Position numbers and translations under genes: made by a program
The notes under the pieces: model-generated
Seen by the model: only the letters and a program-made list of their open reading frames with translations
Databases searched by the model: none
Told to the model about the DNA's origin: nothing
In this document: positions 18,986 through 28,994 of the stretch, piece after piece
How positions within the stretch are numbered: position 1 is the stretch's first letter
How the letters are laid out: each line of letters opens with the position of its first letter
Assembly: GCA_031409275.1 (NCBI GenBank)
Contig: JANNXA010000028.1
Coordinates: forward strand, 12,257 to 76,256
Length of the DNA: 64,000 nucleotides
Direction: 5' to 3'
Source: Planctomycetota bacterium
Lineage (GTDB): Bacteria; Planctomycetota; B15-G4; SIAN01

Positions 18986-19762
18986 TCAGCCGTTCGAGCG
19001 CGGTGGGGTGGCGGTCTTCGGCGTGGTCGCGGGCTTCGCGGCGGGCCTGGTCGCCCCCTTCTTCGCCGGCACCGCAGCCGGCGTCGGCTCCGGCTCAGCC
19101 GCGCTCTCCGCGAGCGTCGGCAGCGCGACGGCGGCGACGTATTCCTGCGCCGCCGACTGGCAGGCGAGCAGTTGCGCGTCGAGGTTCTGCGTCGCCGCCG
19201 AGATGGTGGCGACGTCCTGGCGCAACGCCGCCGCGGAACCGGCGTTCAGGTCGTGCTTCAGGAACAGCACGCAATCGGCGAGTTGCTGGTGCACGCCGGC
19301 GAACGCCGCTTGCGCCGGGTCGACCGTCTCGACGATCGCGTCGTAACGCTGGCGCGTCTTCGCCAGGCGGTTCTGGCTGCGCAGCCGCAGCTCCAGGTTG
19401 GTGAAGGCGTCGAGGTCGGCGGCCCAGCGCTTGAACACCGGGTCGGCCAGCGACTTCATCTTCTTCACTTCGAGGTCGAATGCGGCCAGCTGCTTGCCCG
19501 AGGCGTCAACGGCCGACGCGGCGGCGGCGTAGGCGCCGACCACGTCGTCACCGAAGTCGAGCGAGACGAGCGAGTGCAGCTCGAGCAGCGCGTTGTGCAG
19601 TTTCTCCTGCGCGAGCTCGGAGCCGGTGTGGACGACTTCGATCGCGGTGACCAGCTGGTCGACCTGGACGAGGCTGTCCCCTTTCGACGGCGCCGCACAT
19701 CCGGCAGCGCCCGCCAGTGCGAGGGCCAGGGAGGCGGAGTGGATCCAACGGAGTTGCAGCAC
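18986..19762 (-). CDS. DUF2959-like helical lipoprotein
   Basis: GAGGAG RBS; lipobox AAGC; coiled-coil character; VFKRWAADL and VLFLKHDLNA motifs. Confidence 0.75.
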   Translation of the reverse strand: MLQLRWIHSASLALALAGAAGCAAPSKGDSLVQVDQLVTAIEVVHTGSELAQEKLHNALLELHSLVSLDFGDDVVGAYAAAASAVDASGKQLAAFDLEVKKMKSLADPVFKRWAADLDAFTNLELRLRSQNRLAKTRQRYDAIVETVDPAQAAFAGVHQQLADCVLFLKHDLNAGSAAALRQDVATISAATQNLDAQLLACQSAAQEYVAAVALPTLAESAAEPEPTPAAVPAKKGATRPAAKPATTPKTATPPRSNG

Positions 19763-19948
19763 GGTTCGCTCCTCGCGGGAATGCCGGCGCGACCCGCGTG
19801 GCCCGCGCTGGCGAGCCCTGCTTCGACCGCGAGTACGCGACGCTTGAGCGCGGCGAATTCGTTTCCCGTCGCCGGAGCGGTCGACGGCGTGATCGACCGG
19901 CCGACGATCCGTGGCGCGGCGTGTCGGTGGGCGCAGCCGGTCGAACGC

Positions 19949-19964
19949 AGCGAGCGCTTTGCCA
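19949..19964 (-). promoter_or_regulatory. Possible sigma-54 (-24/-12) promoter upstream of the lipoprotein/cytochrome cluster
   Basis: Minus-strand TGGCAAAGCGCTCGCT has GG-N10-GC spacing; TCGC instead of consensus TTGC. Confidence 0.3.
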
Positions 19965-19981
19965 GTCGCGCCCAGTCGCGC

Positions 19982-20689
19982 TCAGTCGCGCGGCGCTTCG
20001 CCTGCGTGGATGGCCCGCTCGCGCGCGATGCGGCGACGCTCGCGGATCACCTCGATGACCGCCGGCAGGACTGAGAGGAAGATGACGACGAAGATGATCG
20101 GGTGCAGGTACTTCTCGACCGTGCCGGCGCCGTACTTCGAGTTGATCGCGGTTGCGCCGTAGTAGCCGAGCAGCAGCATCGAGCTCACCCAGCCGACGCC
20201 GCCGACGACGTTGAAGAGCGCGAAACGGCGGTAGTCCATGCCGGCGGCGCCCGCGACGGTCGGCGCGAACGTGCGCACGATCGGGACGAAGCGGGCGATG
20301 ACGATCGTCTTGCCACCGTAGCGCTCGTAGAACGAGTGCGCCTTCTCGATGTGCTTGCGTTTGAAGAGCAGCGAGTCGTTCTTCTTGAAGAGTGCCGGCC
20401 CGAGCTTCGCTCCGATCAGGAAGCCGAGCGCGTCGCCGACCACCGCCGCGACGCAGGTGACGCCCAGCATCGACCAGATGTTGATCTCGTCGGGCTTGCC
20501 CACCAGCGAGGCCACCACGATCCCGGCGGTCACCAGCAACGAATCGCCGGGCAGGAAGAAGCCGATCAGAAGGCCCGTCTCAATGAACACGATCGTCGCG
20601 ATGGCGAACGTGCCGTACTCGTGCACGAGGCGCTGGATCCCCTCGGCGCTGAGGTAGTCGTGGTAGAGCTGTCGCAGCAGGTCGAGCAT
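19982..20689 (-). CDS. DedA-family (VTT domain) membrane protein
   Basis: FIETGLLIGFFLPGDSLL; FYERYGGKTIVIARFVPIVRTFAP. Confidence 0.93.
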   Translation of the reverse strand: MLDLLRQLYHDYLSAEGIQRLVHEYGTFAIATIVFIETGLLIGFFLPGDSLLVTAGIVVASLVGKPDEINIWSMLGVTCVAAVVGDALGFLIGAKLGPALFKKNDSLLFKRKHIEKAHSFYERYGGKTIVIARFVPIVRTFAPTVAGAAGMDYRRFALFNVVGGVGWVSSMLLLGYYGATAINSKYGAGTVEKYLHPIIFVVIFLSVLPAVIEVIRERRRIARERAIHAGEAPRD

Positions 20690-21041
20690 GGAGGGATGGG
20701 TCGCATCGAGAGAGGGTAGGTGAGGCGCCGCGAATGGCACGGCGCGGCATCTTGCCGGCCGCGCGCGAAGGCAGAAGCACATCCCGCTTCGACGCGGTCG
20801 CGCCGGCGGGTGAAGCGACCGAGCGATGGACGGTGCCGCTCGGCAAGCGCTTCCGGGTCGAGGTTGCCCGGTCGGCGCGCTCCGCGCCTTTGCAGGCCCT
20901 TGCTCAGCTTTGCAACGCAAAGTAAGTTCGAGTCCGTGCCATGGCGGGCTCGAAGCGCGTTCGCTCCGAGTCGATCGGTTTCTCGAGAGGCGCTCGCGAC
21001 GGACTGCGGTCCGTACCGACGCTTCGTCGGTTGGAGCCTCC

Positions 21042-22595
21042 ATGCCCGCGTCCCACGCCTCGGTCGCGCCGCGCGAGTTGCGCGTCGCGCCGCTGCTCGA
21101 TCCGCTCGCCACCGTCGCGATGCCGCGAGCTCGCTATGCGCTGCTGATCAACCCGTTCTATGCCAAGGACCCGCACGCGAGCTTCGGCAAGCACGTGCTG
21201 ACGCCGACGCTCGCGCTGACCAGCATCGCCGCGTCGACGCCGCCCGACTGGAGCGTCGCGCTCTGGGACGAGAACCTGTTGCAGGGCCCCCCGCCGCGCG
21301 ACCCCTTCCCGCAGATCGTGGGCATCTCGGTCCATCTCACCTTCGCGCGGCGCGCGTTCGAGCTCGCCGCCTGGTACCGCGCGCGTGGCGCCAAGGTGGT
21401 GTTGGGCGGCTTGCACGTGCTGTCGTGTCCCGAGGAGTGCGCGCCGCATGCCGACGCGCTGGCGATCGGCGAAGGGGTGCAGCTCTGGGGCACGATCCTG
21501 CGCGACGCTGCGGCGGGGAAGCTGCAATCGCGCTACGTCGGCCGTTTTGACAAGCCCTATCGCGACGACCCGCCGCCGCGTCGCGACCTGCTGCCGCGCG
21601 ACAGCTTCCTCACGACGGCGAGCCTCATCGCGACCCGCGGCTGCCACAACCGCTGCGGCTTCTGCTACCTCGCCACCGATGGACTGCACGTGCCCTACCA
21701 CATGCGCGACGTCGAGCAGGTCGTCGCCGAGTTCGCCGCGACCGGCCAGCCGTACGGCGTCTTCGTCGACAACAACCTCGGCTCGCGTCCCGACTACTTG
21801 AGGGAACTGTGCACCGCGTTGCGCCCGCTGCAGAAGATCTGGAGCGCCGCGATCTCGATCGACGCCACGGATGACCCCTCGCTGGTCCGCGCGATGGCGC
21901 TGGCGGGTTGCACGGGCGTCTTCGTCGGCTTCGAGTCGCTCGACGGCACGAACCTCGACGAGGCGCGCAAGAAGACGCCGCGACCCGAGGAGTACGCGCG
22001 CCGCGTGGCGATCCTGCACGACCACGGCATCCAGGTGAACGGCAGTTTCGTGCTGGGCTTCGACCACGACCGGCCCGACGTCTTCGCCCGCACCGCGGAC
22101 TGGATCGAGCGCAATCGCCTCGAATGCGCCACGTTCCACATCCTCACGCCCTATCCCGGCACGCCGCTCTTTCGCCAGATGGAGGCGGAAGGCCGCCTGC
22201 TCCATCGCGACTGGTCGCGCTACGACACCGCGCACGTCGTCTACCGGCCGCGCCACATGAGCGAGGAGCAGCTCGCCGACGGCTACGCATGGTGCTACCG
22301 ACGCCTCTTCTCGGCAGCGTCGATCTGGCGACGCCGCCCGACCGACGCGAGCGCGGTGCTGCCGTACCTCGCGATGTCATGGCTCTACAAGCGCAGCAAC
22401 CCGCTCTGGCATCTGCTGATTCGCCAGCGCCTGGTCGCACGCGTGTGGCGACCGCTGGTGGAGATCACGCGCCGCCGCCACCTGCGCTTCCGCGCGCGAC
22501 TCGAGCGGCGCCCGCTGCCGTGCCCGCACGAACTCGGCGCCGCAGCGCCCCTCGTCGGATGGCGCGCCGCGAGCGTCGTGAGCGCCGGGGTGTGA
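21042..22595 (+). CDS. B12-binding-domain radical SAM protein
   Basis: GGAG RBS; VVLGGLH and IGEG in the B12-binding domain; TRGCHNRCGFC (CxxxCxxC); GFES; LTPYPGTPL. Confidence 0.92.
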   Translation: MPASHASVAPRELRVAPLLDPLATVAMPRARYALLINPFYAKDPHASFGKHVLTPTLALTSIAASTPPDWSVALWDENLLQGPPPRDPFPQIVGISVHLTFARRAFELAAWYRARGAKVVLGGLHVLSCPEECAPHADALAIGEGVQLWGTILRDAAAGKLQSRYVGRFDKPYRDDPPPRRDLLPRDSFLTTASLIATRGCHNRCGFCYLATDGLHVPYHMRDVEQVVAEFAATGQPYGVFVDNNLGSRPDYLRELCTALRPLQKIWSAAISIDATDDPSLVRAMALAGCTGVFVGFESLDGTNLDEARKKTPRPEEYARRVAILHDHGIQVNGSFVLGFDHDRPDVFARTADWIERNRLECATFHILTPYPGTPLFRQMEAEGRLLHRDWSRYDTAHVVYRPRHMSEEQLADGYAWCYRRLFSAASIWRRRPTDASAVLPYLAMSWLYKRSNPLWHLLIRQRLVARVWRPLVEITRRRHLRFRARLERRPLPCPHELGAAAPLVGWRAASVVSAGV

Positions 22596-22719
22596 GCGCA
22601 GCCGCGTGCGCGCCGCCGCGGCCTGCGACCTTCCAGCGTTCTTGTAGAACACGCCCGCGACGAGCGCCTCGGGAGCGGGCGTTCCGCGTTCGTGAACGGG
22701 CCAACGAAGGGCGAGCCGG

Positions 22720-23190
22720 ATGAGCTACGACCACACGCAACAGGGCGTTCTGCATCGCTGGTTTACGGCGATCGGGGCGCTGGAAGTGGTGGCCGCGGCG
22801 GTGGTGGGGTCGGTGGTGGCGGGCGGGGAGGGGCGCGCCATTGCGTTGATCCTGGCAGCGAGCGGCCTCTTCTTCGTGCTGGTCAGCGGCACCCTCTCCT
22901 GGTTGCGCGTCCATGACGATGGCGATGCGTTACGCATCGCGTTCGGGCCGATCGCCCTCTTCCGTCGCCGCGTTCCCTACGCATCGATGCGTGGCGCGAA
23001 GTCGATCGCCACCGACTGGCACCACGGCATTGGGATCCACTCTGCGCCCGGCGGCGGATGGACATGGAACATCCGCGGCCGCGAGGCGGTCGAGGTGACG
23101 TTGGAGCGCGGCCGCCTCCTGATCGGCACTGACGACCCGCAGGGACTCGTCGACTTCCTGAAGAAGCGCGCCCGGCTCCCGAACGGTTGA
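22720..23190 (+). CDS. Hypothetical membrane protein (2 TM plus a PH-like domain)
   Basis: Two hydrophobic segments followed by GIGIH...WTWN...LLIGTDDP. Confidence 0.75.
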   Translation: MSYDHTQQGVLHRWFTAIGALEVVAAAVVGSVVAGGEGRAIALILAASGLFFVLVSGTLSWLRVHDDGDALRIAFGPIALFRRRVPYASMRGAKSIATDWHHGIGIHSAPGGGWTWNIRGREAVEVTLERGRLLIGTDDPQGLVDFLKKRARLPNG

Positions 23191-23275
23191 GCCGCCTGTT
23201 CCCGGACGGCCCGTGTAGGGTGCGCGCGTCGCGACGATCGCGACGACGAGGTCGTCCAGATCTGGAGCAGGCGCG

Positions 23276-23974
23276 ATGACCGACGGGACGGCGGTGGATT
23301 CGGATCGCCTGAACGCGAGCGCCGCCGATCGTGCAGCGGGCGGGCTGCTATGCAGCGCTTCGCTGCTGTCGGTGGTGCTGATGATGTTCCACCCGATGAT
23401 CCGCTCGCACGGCATCGCCGACGTGCTGGCCGAGATCGCCCGCAAGGCGCTGCGCGATCGCGTCGTTCATGGCGGCCTGATGGCGTTGACGCTGCTCCTG
23501 GCGTGCGGCTGGTGGCGGCTGCTCGAGCGACTCGAACTGCGCCGCACCACGGTGAAGCTCGCCGCGATCGCGCTGGTCGTCGGAACGCTCGGCTACCTCG
23601 GCGCGGCGCTGGTGAACGGATTCGTGCTGCCCGGTCTCGCGGATCGCTACCTCGGACGGCCCGCCGAGGAGATGGCCGGCGCGGTCGATCTGCTGCGGCT
23701 ATGCGGTGAGTTCAACCAGGCGCTCGCGAAGCTCGGCGTCGTCGGGTTTGCCGCGGCGTTGCTGTTCGCCTCCGCAGCGATGGTGCAGGGCGGGCGCGCA
23801 CTCACGCTCGGTCGCGCGGGCCTCGGGCTCGGCGCGCTCCTTGCCGTCGCCATCGTCAGCGGCCTGTTGCCGCTCCACGTGCATGGGATGCTCGCCGTCG
23901 TCTTGGTTCAGTCGATCTGGAACGGCACCGCTGGCTGGAAGTTGCGCGCCGGCGCGCTCGAGCCAGCGCGCTGA
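23276..23974 (+). CDS. Hypothetical multi-pass membrane protein
   Basis: GGAG RBS; about 6 hydrophobic segments with His residues (FHP, VHG, LHVHG). Confidence 0.75.
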   Translation: MTDGTAVDSDRLNASAADRAAGGLLCSASLLSVVLMMFHPMIRSHGIADVLAEIARKALRDRVVHGGLMALTLLLACGWWRLLERLELRRTTVKLAAIALVVGTLGYLGAALVNGFVLPGLADRYLGRPAEEMAGAVDLLRLCGEFNQALAKLGVVGFAAALLFASAAMVQGGRALTLGRAGLGLGALLAVAIVSGLLPLHVHGMLAVVLVQSIWNGTAGWKLRAGALEPAR

Positions 23975-23981
23975 AACGAAC

Positions 23982-24017
23982 CGCGGCGGGAGGGCTTCTT
24001 CAGCCGCTCCCGCCGCG
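23982..24017. terminator. GC-rich hairpin between convergent genes (terminator or REP-like)
   Basis: Perfect 11-bp stem CGCGGCGGGAG/CTCCCGCCGCG; no U-tract. Confidence 0.45.
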
Positions 24018-24065
24018 CATGAGTTCAAGGCTTCTGCGCCGCAGCGGGCGGCGCGGCTGCTCCGC

Positions 24066-26144
24066 TCAGCTTCCGGACTCGGGCTTGGAACTGCCGAGCA
24101 GCTCGCCGACCAGCGCGTTGGCGTCGTAGACCTGCTTCAGCGCCAGCAGGATGCCGGCGCTGTGGACCGAGACGGACCGCGCGACGCGCTCGTCGTAGAT
24201 GAAGTTGCCCGGCAGGCTCTCGATGTTGCCGTCGAAGATGATCCCGACCAGGCGACCGTCACGGCCGACCACCGGACTGCCGGAGTTGCCGCCGATGATG
24301 TCGTTGGTGGAGACGAAGTTGTACGGCGTCGAGAGGTCGAGCTTGTCGCGCCGGTCGAGCCAGCGCGGGTCGAGGTCGAAGGGAACCTTGCCGTCGAAGG
24401 CGGCGTGGCGCTCGAACAGGCCCCAGAAGGTCGTCTTCCACGGGACGAGCGTCCCGCCCGCCTCGTAGCCCTTCACCGTGCCGTAGCTCAGTCGCAGCGT
24501 GAAGGTGGCATCCGGGGGCAGCGACTTGCCGAAGGCGAGGAAGCGGGCGCGCGCCAGCGTTTCGCCGTTGGCCGCCTCGACGCTGCTGACCTCGTCCTCG
24601 AAGCGCTTGGTCAGCTCGCGCAGGATCGGGTCGATGCGCTTGGCCAGCGCGATCAGCGGATCGGTCGACGCGTCGAGCGCCGCCTTGCCGCCCTCGAACA
24701 GCTTCTTGCGCGCTTCCGGGTCGACCAGCGTCGTGCCGGTGATGGCGGCCTTCGCGGCTTCGGCGGGCGACTTGCCTTGCAGCGCGGCGACGATGAACGG
24801 GTCCGCGGCGCCAAGCTCGCGCGCCGCCGCAGTCAACGTCGCGGCCAGCAGCGCTTCATCCAGATCGAGGTAGACCGGCGCCTTCGAGAAGAGGCGCAGC
24901 TTCAACGCTGGCAGCGAGGCGTCGGTGAAGCCGGCGAGCCGCTCGCCATTGGGCTTGGTGAGCTCGGTCGCGGCGCGCACCAGCGTCAGCGCCTGCGCGG
25001 GCGCGTCGCCGTTGATGCGCGACCAGTACTGCCGATTCGTGAAGGCGGCAAGTTTCGTGTAGGCGGCGTCGATCGCGGCCGTCGCGGCGTTGAAGTCGGC
25101 GAGCGCCTTCGCGTTGCCTTCGAGCTTGCTGCGCAGGAGCGTTTCCTCGGCACGCTTGCGGCCCATCAACGCCGGATCGTTCAGGCCACCCAACTGTCCG
25201 AAGCGCGCCTTGTAGGAGTTCTCCAGGCTGAAGAGGGTCGCCTCGGCGCGACGGCGCTGCTCTTCACCGCGCTTGCCGAACGCGTTCAACCCATCGATCA
25301 GCTCATGCAGGAAGGCGAGCGTGCGCGGGATCGCGACCGCGCGCTGGAACTCCATCTGCGTTGCGGTCAGCAGGCGGCTGGTGCTGCCGGGGTGGCCCGA
25401 AACGAAGACGAGGTCGCCGTCCTGGCAGCCATCCGCGTCCCACTCGAGCCAGTGCTTGGGCTGGTAGGGCTTGCCATCGACGTAGACCCGGAAGAAGGAG
25501 ACGTCGAGGTCGAAGCGCGGGAAGGTGAAGTTGTCCGGGTCGCCGCCGTAGAAGGCCGCCTGCTTCTCGGGGCAGAAGACCAGCCGGATGTCGGTGAAGC
25601 GGTCGTAGGAATAGAGCCAGTACTCGCCGCCGCGGTAGAGCGTCACGACGTCGCAGCGCTTGCCGCTCGCCTCGCCCGACTCCTTCTCCAGCTTGGCGAT
25701 CGCCGCCTTGCGCAGCGTGTTGGCCTCCGTCGAGTCCTTGGCGGCCGCGGCCGCGGCGACGATGCGCGCCGTGACGTCCTCCATCGCGACCAGGACGTTC
25801 AGCTCGAGGTCGGGGCAGGCGAGCTCGCCGGCGCGGTCGGCCGCGGCGAAACCGTGCTTCAGCAGGTCGCGTTCGGCGCTGGAGAGCTTGGCGATCGACT
25901 CGGAGCCGACGTGGTGATTGGTCATCACCAGCCCGTCCTTCGAGACGAAGGAGCCCGAGCCCCCCGACATGAAGCGCACCGAGGAGAGGCGCAAGTGGTC
26001 GATCCACTCGCGGCTCGGCTCGAAGCCGTAGCGCTCCTTCAGCTGGGCGAGCGGCGGGTTGTCGTAGGTCCACATGCCTTCGTCCGCGCGCGCCGTCGGG
26101 GCGAACGCGAGGGCGATGGCGGCGAGCGGCAGGCGCAGGTGCAT
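24066..26144 (-). CDS. S46 family dipeptidyl peptidase (DPP7/DPP11-like)
   Basis: Signal peptide then ADEGMW; GSFVSKDGLVMTNHHV; PDATFTLRLSYG; NDIIGGNSGSP. Confidence 0.95.
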   Translation of the reverse strand: MHLRLPLAAIALAFAPTARADEGMWTYDNPPLAQLKERYGFEPSREWIDHLRLSSVRFMSGGSGSFVSKDGLVMTNHHVGSESIAKLSSAERDLLKHGFAAADRAGELACPDLELNVLVAMEDVTARIVAAAAAAKDSTEANTLRKAAIAKLEKESGEASGKRCDVVTLYRGGEYWLYSYDRFTDIRLVFCPEKQAAFYGGDPDNFTFPRFDLDVSFFRVYVDGKPYQPKHWLEWDADGCQDGDLVFVSGHPGSTSRLLTATQMEFQRAVAIPRTLAFLHELIDGLNAFGKRGEEQRRRAEATLFSLENSYKARFGQLGGLNDPALMGRKRAEETLLRSKLEGNAKALADFNAATAAIDAAYTKLAAFTNRQYWSRINGDAPAQALTLVRAATELTKPNGERLAGFTDASLPALKLRLFSKAPVYLDLDEALLAATLTAAARELGAADPFIVAALQGKSPAEAAKAAITGTTLVDPEARKKLFEGGKAALDASTDPLIALAKRIDPILRELTKRFEDEVSSVEAANGETLARARFLAFGKSLPPDATFTLRLSYGTVKGYEAGGTLVPWKTTFWGLFERHAAFDGKVPFDLDPRWLDRRDKLDLSTPYNFVSTNDIIGGNSGSPVVGRDGRLVGIIFDGNIESLPGNFIYDERVARSVSVHSAGILLALKQVYDANALVGELLGSSKPESGS

Positions 26145-26307
26145 GACGAGTCCTCGTCCATGGGCGCGCGGGGCGGCGCACCGGAAAAAAATCGGGGCGC
26201 GCACTGTACCTCTGCGCCCAATCCAGCCGAATTCACGAAAGCTTCATCCCGCGCCACGACACGACTGAGCTGGCCGTGGCGATCGTACGCCGCGAAAGGA
26301 GTCCACC

Positions 26308-26445
26308 ATGGACGCCCATGCAGAGCGAATCGACAGTGCGCTGCGGCTCGAAGCGAAGGTCAGTGCGAAGCGGCGCTGGTCGTGGGACGGTTGGGTCCTG
26401 CGCGTGACGCGCTGGGTCAGCCGCCCGCACAGCTGGCTCGCCTGA
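26308..26445 (+). CDS. Putative 45-aa Trp/Arg-rich small protein, not in the ORF track
   Basis: AAAGGAG RBS 6 nt before ATG; MDAHAERIDSALRLEAKVSAKRRWSWDGWVLRVTRWVSRPHSWLA*. Confidence 0.5.
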   Translation: MDAHAERIDSALRLEAKVSAKRRWSWDGWVLRVTRWVSRPHSWLA

Positions 26446-26588
26446 ACGCGGAAGCTCTTACGTCGCCGGGCGAAAAGAGTTCCGCGTCCGGAGCCTGGCT
26501 CGGGACCGCTCGCTTCGCCGCCGCGATCCGATAGGAGCTTCGCGCGACGAGGCGGCGATCGTTCCCTCCGCCGCGCGCGGAGGTCGCC

Positions 26589-27077
26589 ATGCATCGCCCG
26601 CCTTTCGGTCCGCGAGCCGCACTGCTGCTGGTCGTGGCGGGCGTCGCGAGCGCGTGCCAGTCACCGTGTCGCGAGCCCGGTCGCGCTGCGTCGGACCGCC
26701 CGGTCGTGAGCGCGACGCTGGCGTCGTCGCCCGACTTCGCGGCGCTGGAGGCGCGTGCCAACGTCGTCACCCCGCCCGGCTTCGATGCGTTCGTCCTCCT
26801 CGCGGGGAATGAACTGACGCTCGAGCTGTGGACCCTGCCCACTTCCGACCCGACCACGCCTTCCCGCCGCGTCACCAGCGACCGCTACGACATCGACCGC
26901 AGCCTCTTCTATTTCCATGGCGACGTCACGATCACCGGCGCTCTGGCGCCCGCCGCTCCGCCGATGTTGACGATCGTGGCGACGAACGACATCCGCTGCG
27001 AAGTGGACGGCGACGAACCGATCGCTGCGACGCTCCTCTCCGTGCACGGCCGGGTCGAACGCATCGTCGCGCAGTGA
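26589..27077 (+). CDS. Hypothetical lipoprotein
   Basis: GGAGG RBS; lipobox-like VASAC; host-like codon usage. Confidence 0.65.
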   Translation: MHRPPFGPRAALLLVVAGVASACQSPCREPGRAASDRPVVSATLASSPDFAALEARANVVTPPGFDAFVLLAGNELTLELWTLPTSDPTTPSRRVTSDRYDIDRSLFYFHGDVTITGALAPAAPPMLTIVATNDIRCEVDGDEPIAATLLSVHGRVERIVAQ

Positions 27078-27126
27078 TCGCGTCGCGCTGCTCCGCAGCA
27101 CGCACGTGCCCGTATAGTCCCGCGCC

Positions 27127-28794
27127 ATGAATCCAGCGCGCGACTCCTGGTACGTCACCACGCCGATCTACTACGTCAACGATCGGCCCCACATCGGCCA
27201 CTGCTTCACGACGCTGGTCGCCGACGCCTTCGCGCGCTTCGAGCGGCTCGTGCGCGGGGTCGCGACCCCGACGGCCCCATCCCGCGACGGCGTGCCCGCC
27301 TCCGTCTTCTTCCTGACCGGCACCGACGAGCACGCCGACAAGGTCGTGACCTCGGCGCAGGCGCATCAGACGACGCCGCAGGCGTGGGCCGACAAGAACG
27401 CGATCGAGTTCGAGAAGGCGTTCGCGGCGATGGGCATCGCCAACGACGACTTCATCCGCACGACCGAGGCGCGCCACAAGGAGAAGGTGCCGCGCTACAT
27501 CGAGAAGATGATCGAGCGCGGCGACGTCTACCGCGGCGAGTACACCGGCTGGTACGACGTCGGCCAGGAGGAATACGTCACCGAGACCGCGGCGAAGGAG
27601 CACGCCTTCAAGAGCGCGGTGAACGGCAAGCCGCTCGAGAAGCGGACCGAGCCGTGCTGGTTCTTCCGTCTCTCGAAGTTCGCGCAGCCGCTGCAGCAGC
27701 ACCTCGAAGCCAACCCGCGCTTCGTGCAGCCCGACGCACGCCGCGCCGAAGTCTTGGGCCGCATCAAGCTCGGCCTGAACGACGTGCCGATCAGCCGTCC
27801 GGTCGGCGATGACCCGGCGACACAGTGGGGCGTTCGCATGCCGGGCGACCCGAAGAGCCGCGTCTACGTCTGGATCGACGCGCTGTTCAACTACCTCACC
27901 GCGGTCGACACGCCGCAGCGCCGCCACTTGTGGCCGCCGGCCGTGCAACTGCTCGGCAAGGACATCCTCTGGTTCCACGCGGTGATCTGGCCGGCGCTGC
28001 TGCTCAGCATCGGCGAGCCGCTGCCCGGCTCGATCTGGAGCCACGGCTGGTGGCTCTCCGAAGGCCAGAAGATGAGCAAGTCGCTTGGCAACTTCATCGC
28101 CATCGAGCAGCTCGCGGCCTACGCCAGTCGCTACTCGCTCGACGCGCTGCGCTGGTACCTGCTGACGCAGGGGCCGCTTGGCGCCAACGACGCCGACTTC
28201 GTCCACGCCAAGTTCGTCGAGGTCTTCAACGCCGACCTCGCCAACGGCATCGGCAACTGCACCAGTCGCGTCGGCAACATGATCAGCAAGTACTTCGACG
28301 GCAAGCTGCCGATCGACGCGTCCGCTGCGGCGAAGCAGGGGCCCGCCGTGGCGGGTTACGACTGGCCGCAGATCGTCGCGGCGGCCGTCGCGAAGGCGAC
28401 CACCGCGCATGCGGCGCTCGACCTTCCGGGCGCGCTGGCACCGGCCGGCGAGCTGGTGAAAGCGGTCGATGGCTACATCAACGTCACGCAGCCCTTCAAG
28501 GTCGCCAAGCTCGCGCCCACCGATCCGGCCAAGCGCGCGGAGCTTGCGGTGATCCTCGCCAACTGCGCCGAAGCGCTGCGCGTCGCGGTCTTGCTGCTGT
28601 CGCCCGCGATGCCCGGCAAGGCGGCGCAAGTGCTGAGAGAGTGGTCGTGCGCGCCGAGCGCGGGCGTGCCGCTCGCGGAGCTTGCGCGTCTGGATGGACC
28701 GCACTCGCTGCGCGCAGGAACGGCGATCGCGAAAGGCGAGATCCTGTTCCAGCGCGTCGATCCGGCGGAAGCGGCGCCGCTCGCGACGGCCTGA
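27127..28794 (+). CDS. metG: Methionine--tRNA ligase (short form)
   Basis: YVTTPIYYVN; HIGH; FLTGTDEH; YVWIDAL; GKDILWFHAVIWP; KMSKS. Confidence 0.97.
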   Translation: MNPARDSWYVTTPIYYVNDRPHIGHCFTTLVADAFARFERLVRGVATPTAPSRDGVPASVFFLTGTDEHADKVVTSAQAHQTTPQAWADKNAIEFEKAFAAMGIANDDFIRTTEARHKEKVPRYIEKMIERGDVYRGEYTGWYDVGQEEYVTETAAKEHAFKSAVNGKPLEKRTEPCWFFRLSKFAQPLQQHLEANPRFVQPDARRAEVLGRIKLGLNDVPISRPVGDDPATQWGVRMPGDPKSRVYVWIDALFNYLTAVDTPQRRHLWPPAVQLLGKDILWFHAVIWPALLLSIGEPLPGSIWSHGWWLSEGQKMSKSLGNFIAIEQLAAYASRYSLDALRWYLLTQGPLGANDADFVHAKFVEVFNADLANGIGNCTSRVGNMISKYFDGKLPIDASAAAKQGPAVAGYDWPQIVAAAVAKATTAHAALDLPGALAPAGELVKAVDGYINVTQPFKVAKLAPTDPAKRAELAVILANCAEALRVAVLLLSPAMPGKAAQVLREWSCAPSAGVPLAELARLDGPHSLRAGTAIAKGEILFQRVDPAEAAPLATA

Positions 28795-28994
28795 CCGCAG
28801 CGACTGTCACTTGCGCTTCATGCTCCGTCGCGCGACGAAGGAACCGCTGCACAGGTTCCATCGATTCGTGCCACGGTTTCGTCCGCACTGCTGACAGCCG
28901 ACGCGCGCGAGCGCGAGCGGTAGCGATCGCTCCCGGAGCGCGCGTCGCGTCGCCGCGACCATTGGTTACCGATGTGGCGAGCCCCCGTACGCTT

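Noticed and set aside
19962..19991. Three tandem 10-bp units (C/T)CAGTCGCGC
   Set aside because: Short, overlapping the DedA stop, and most simply explained by slippage
20690..21041. Cobalamin riboswitch or RiPP precursor upstream of the B12 radical SAM gene
   Set aside because: No B12-box consensus was recognisable, and the short ORFs lack an RBS and precursor-like features
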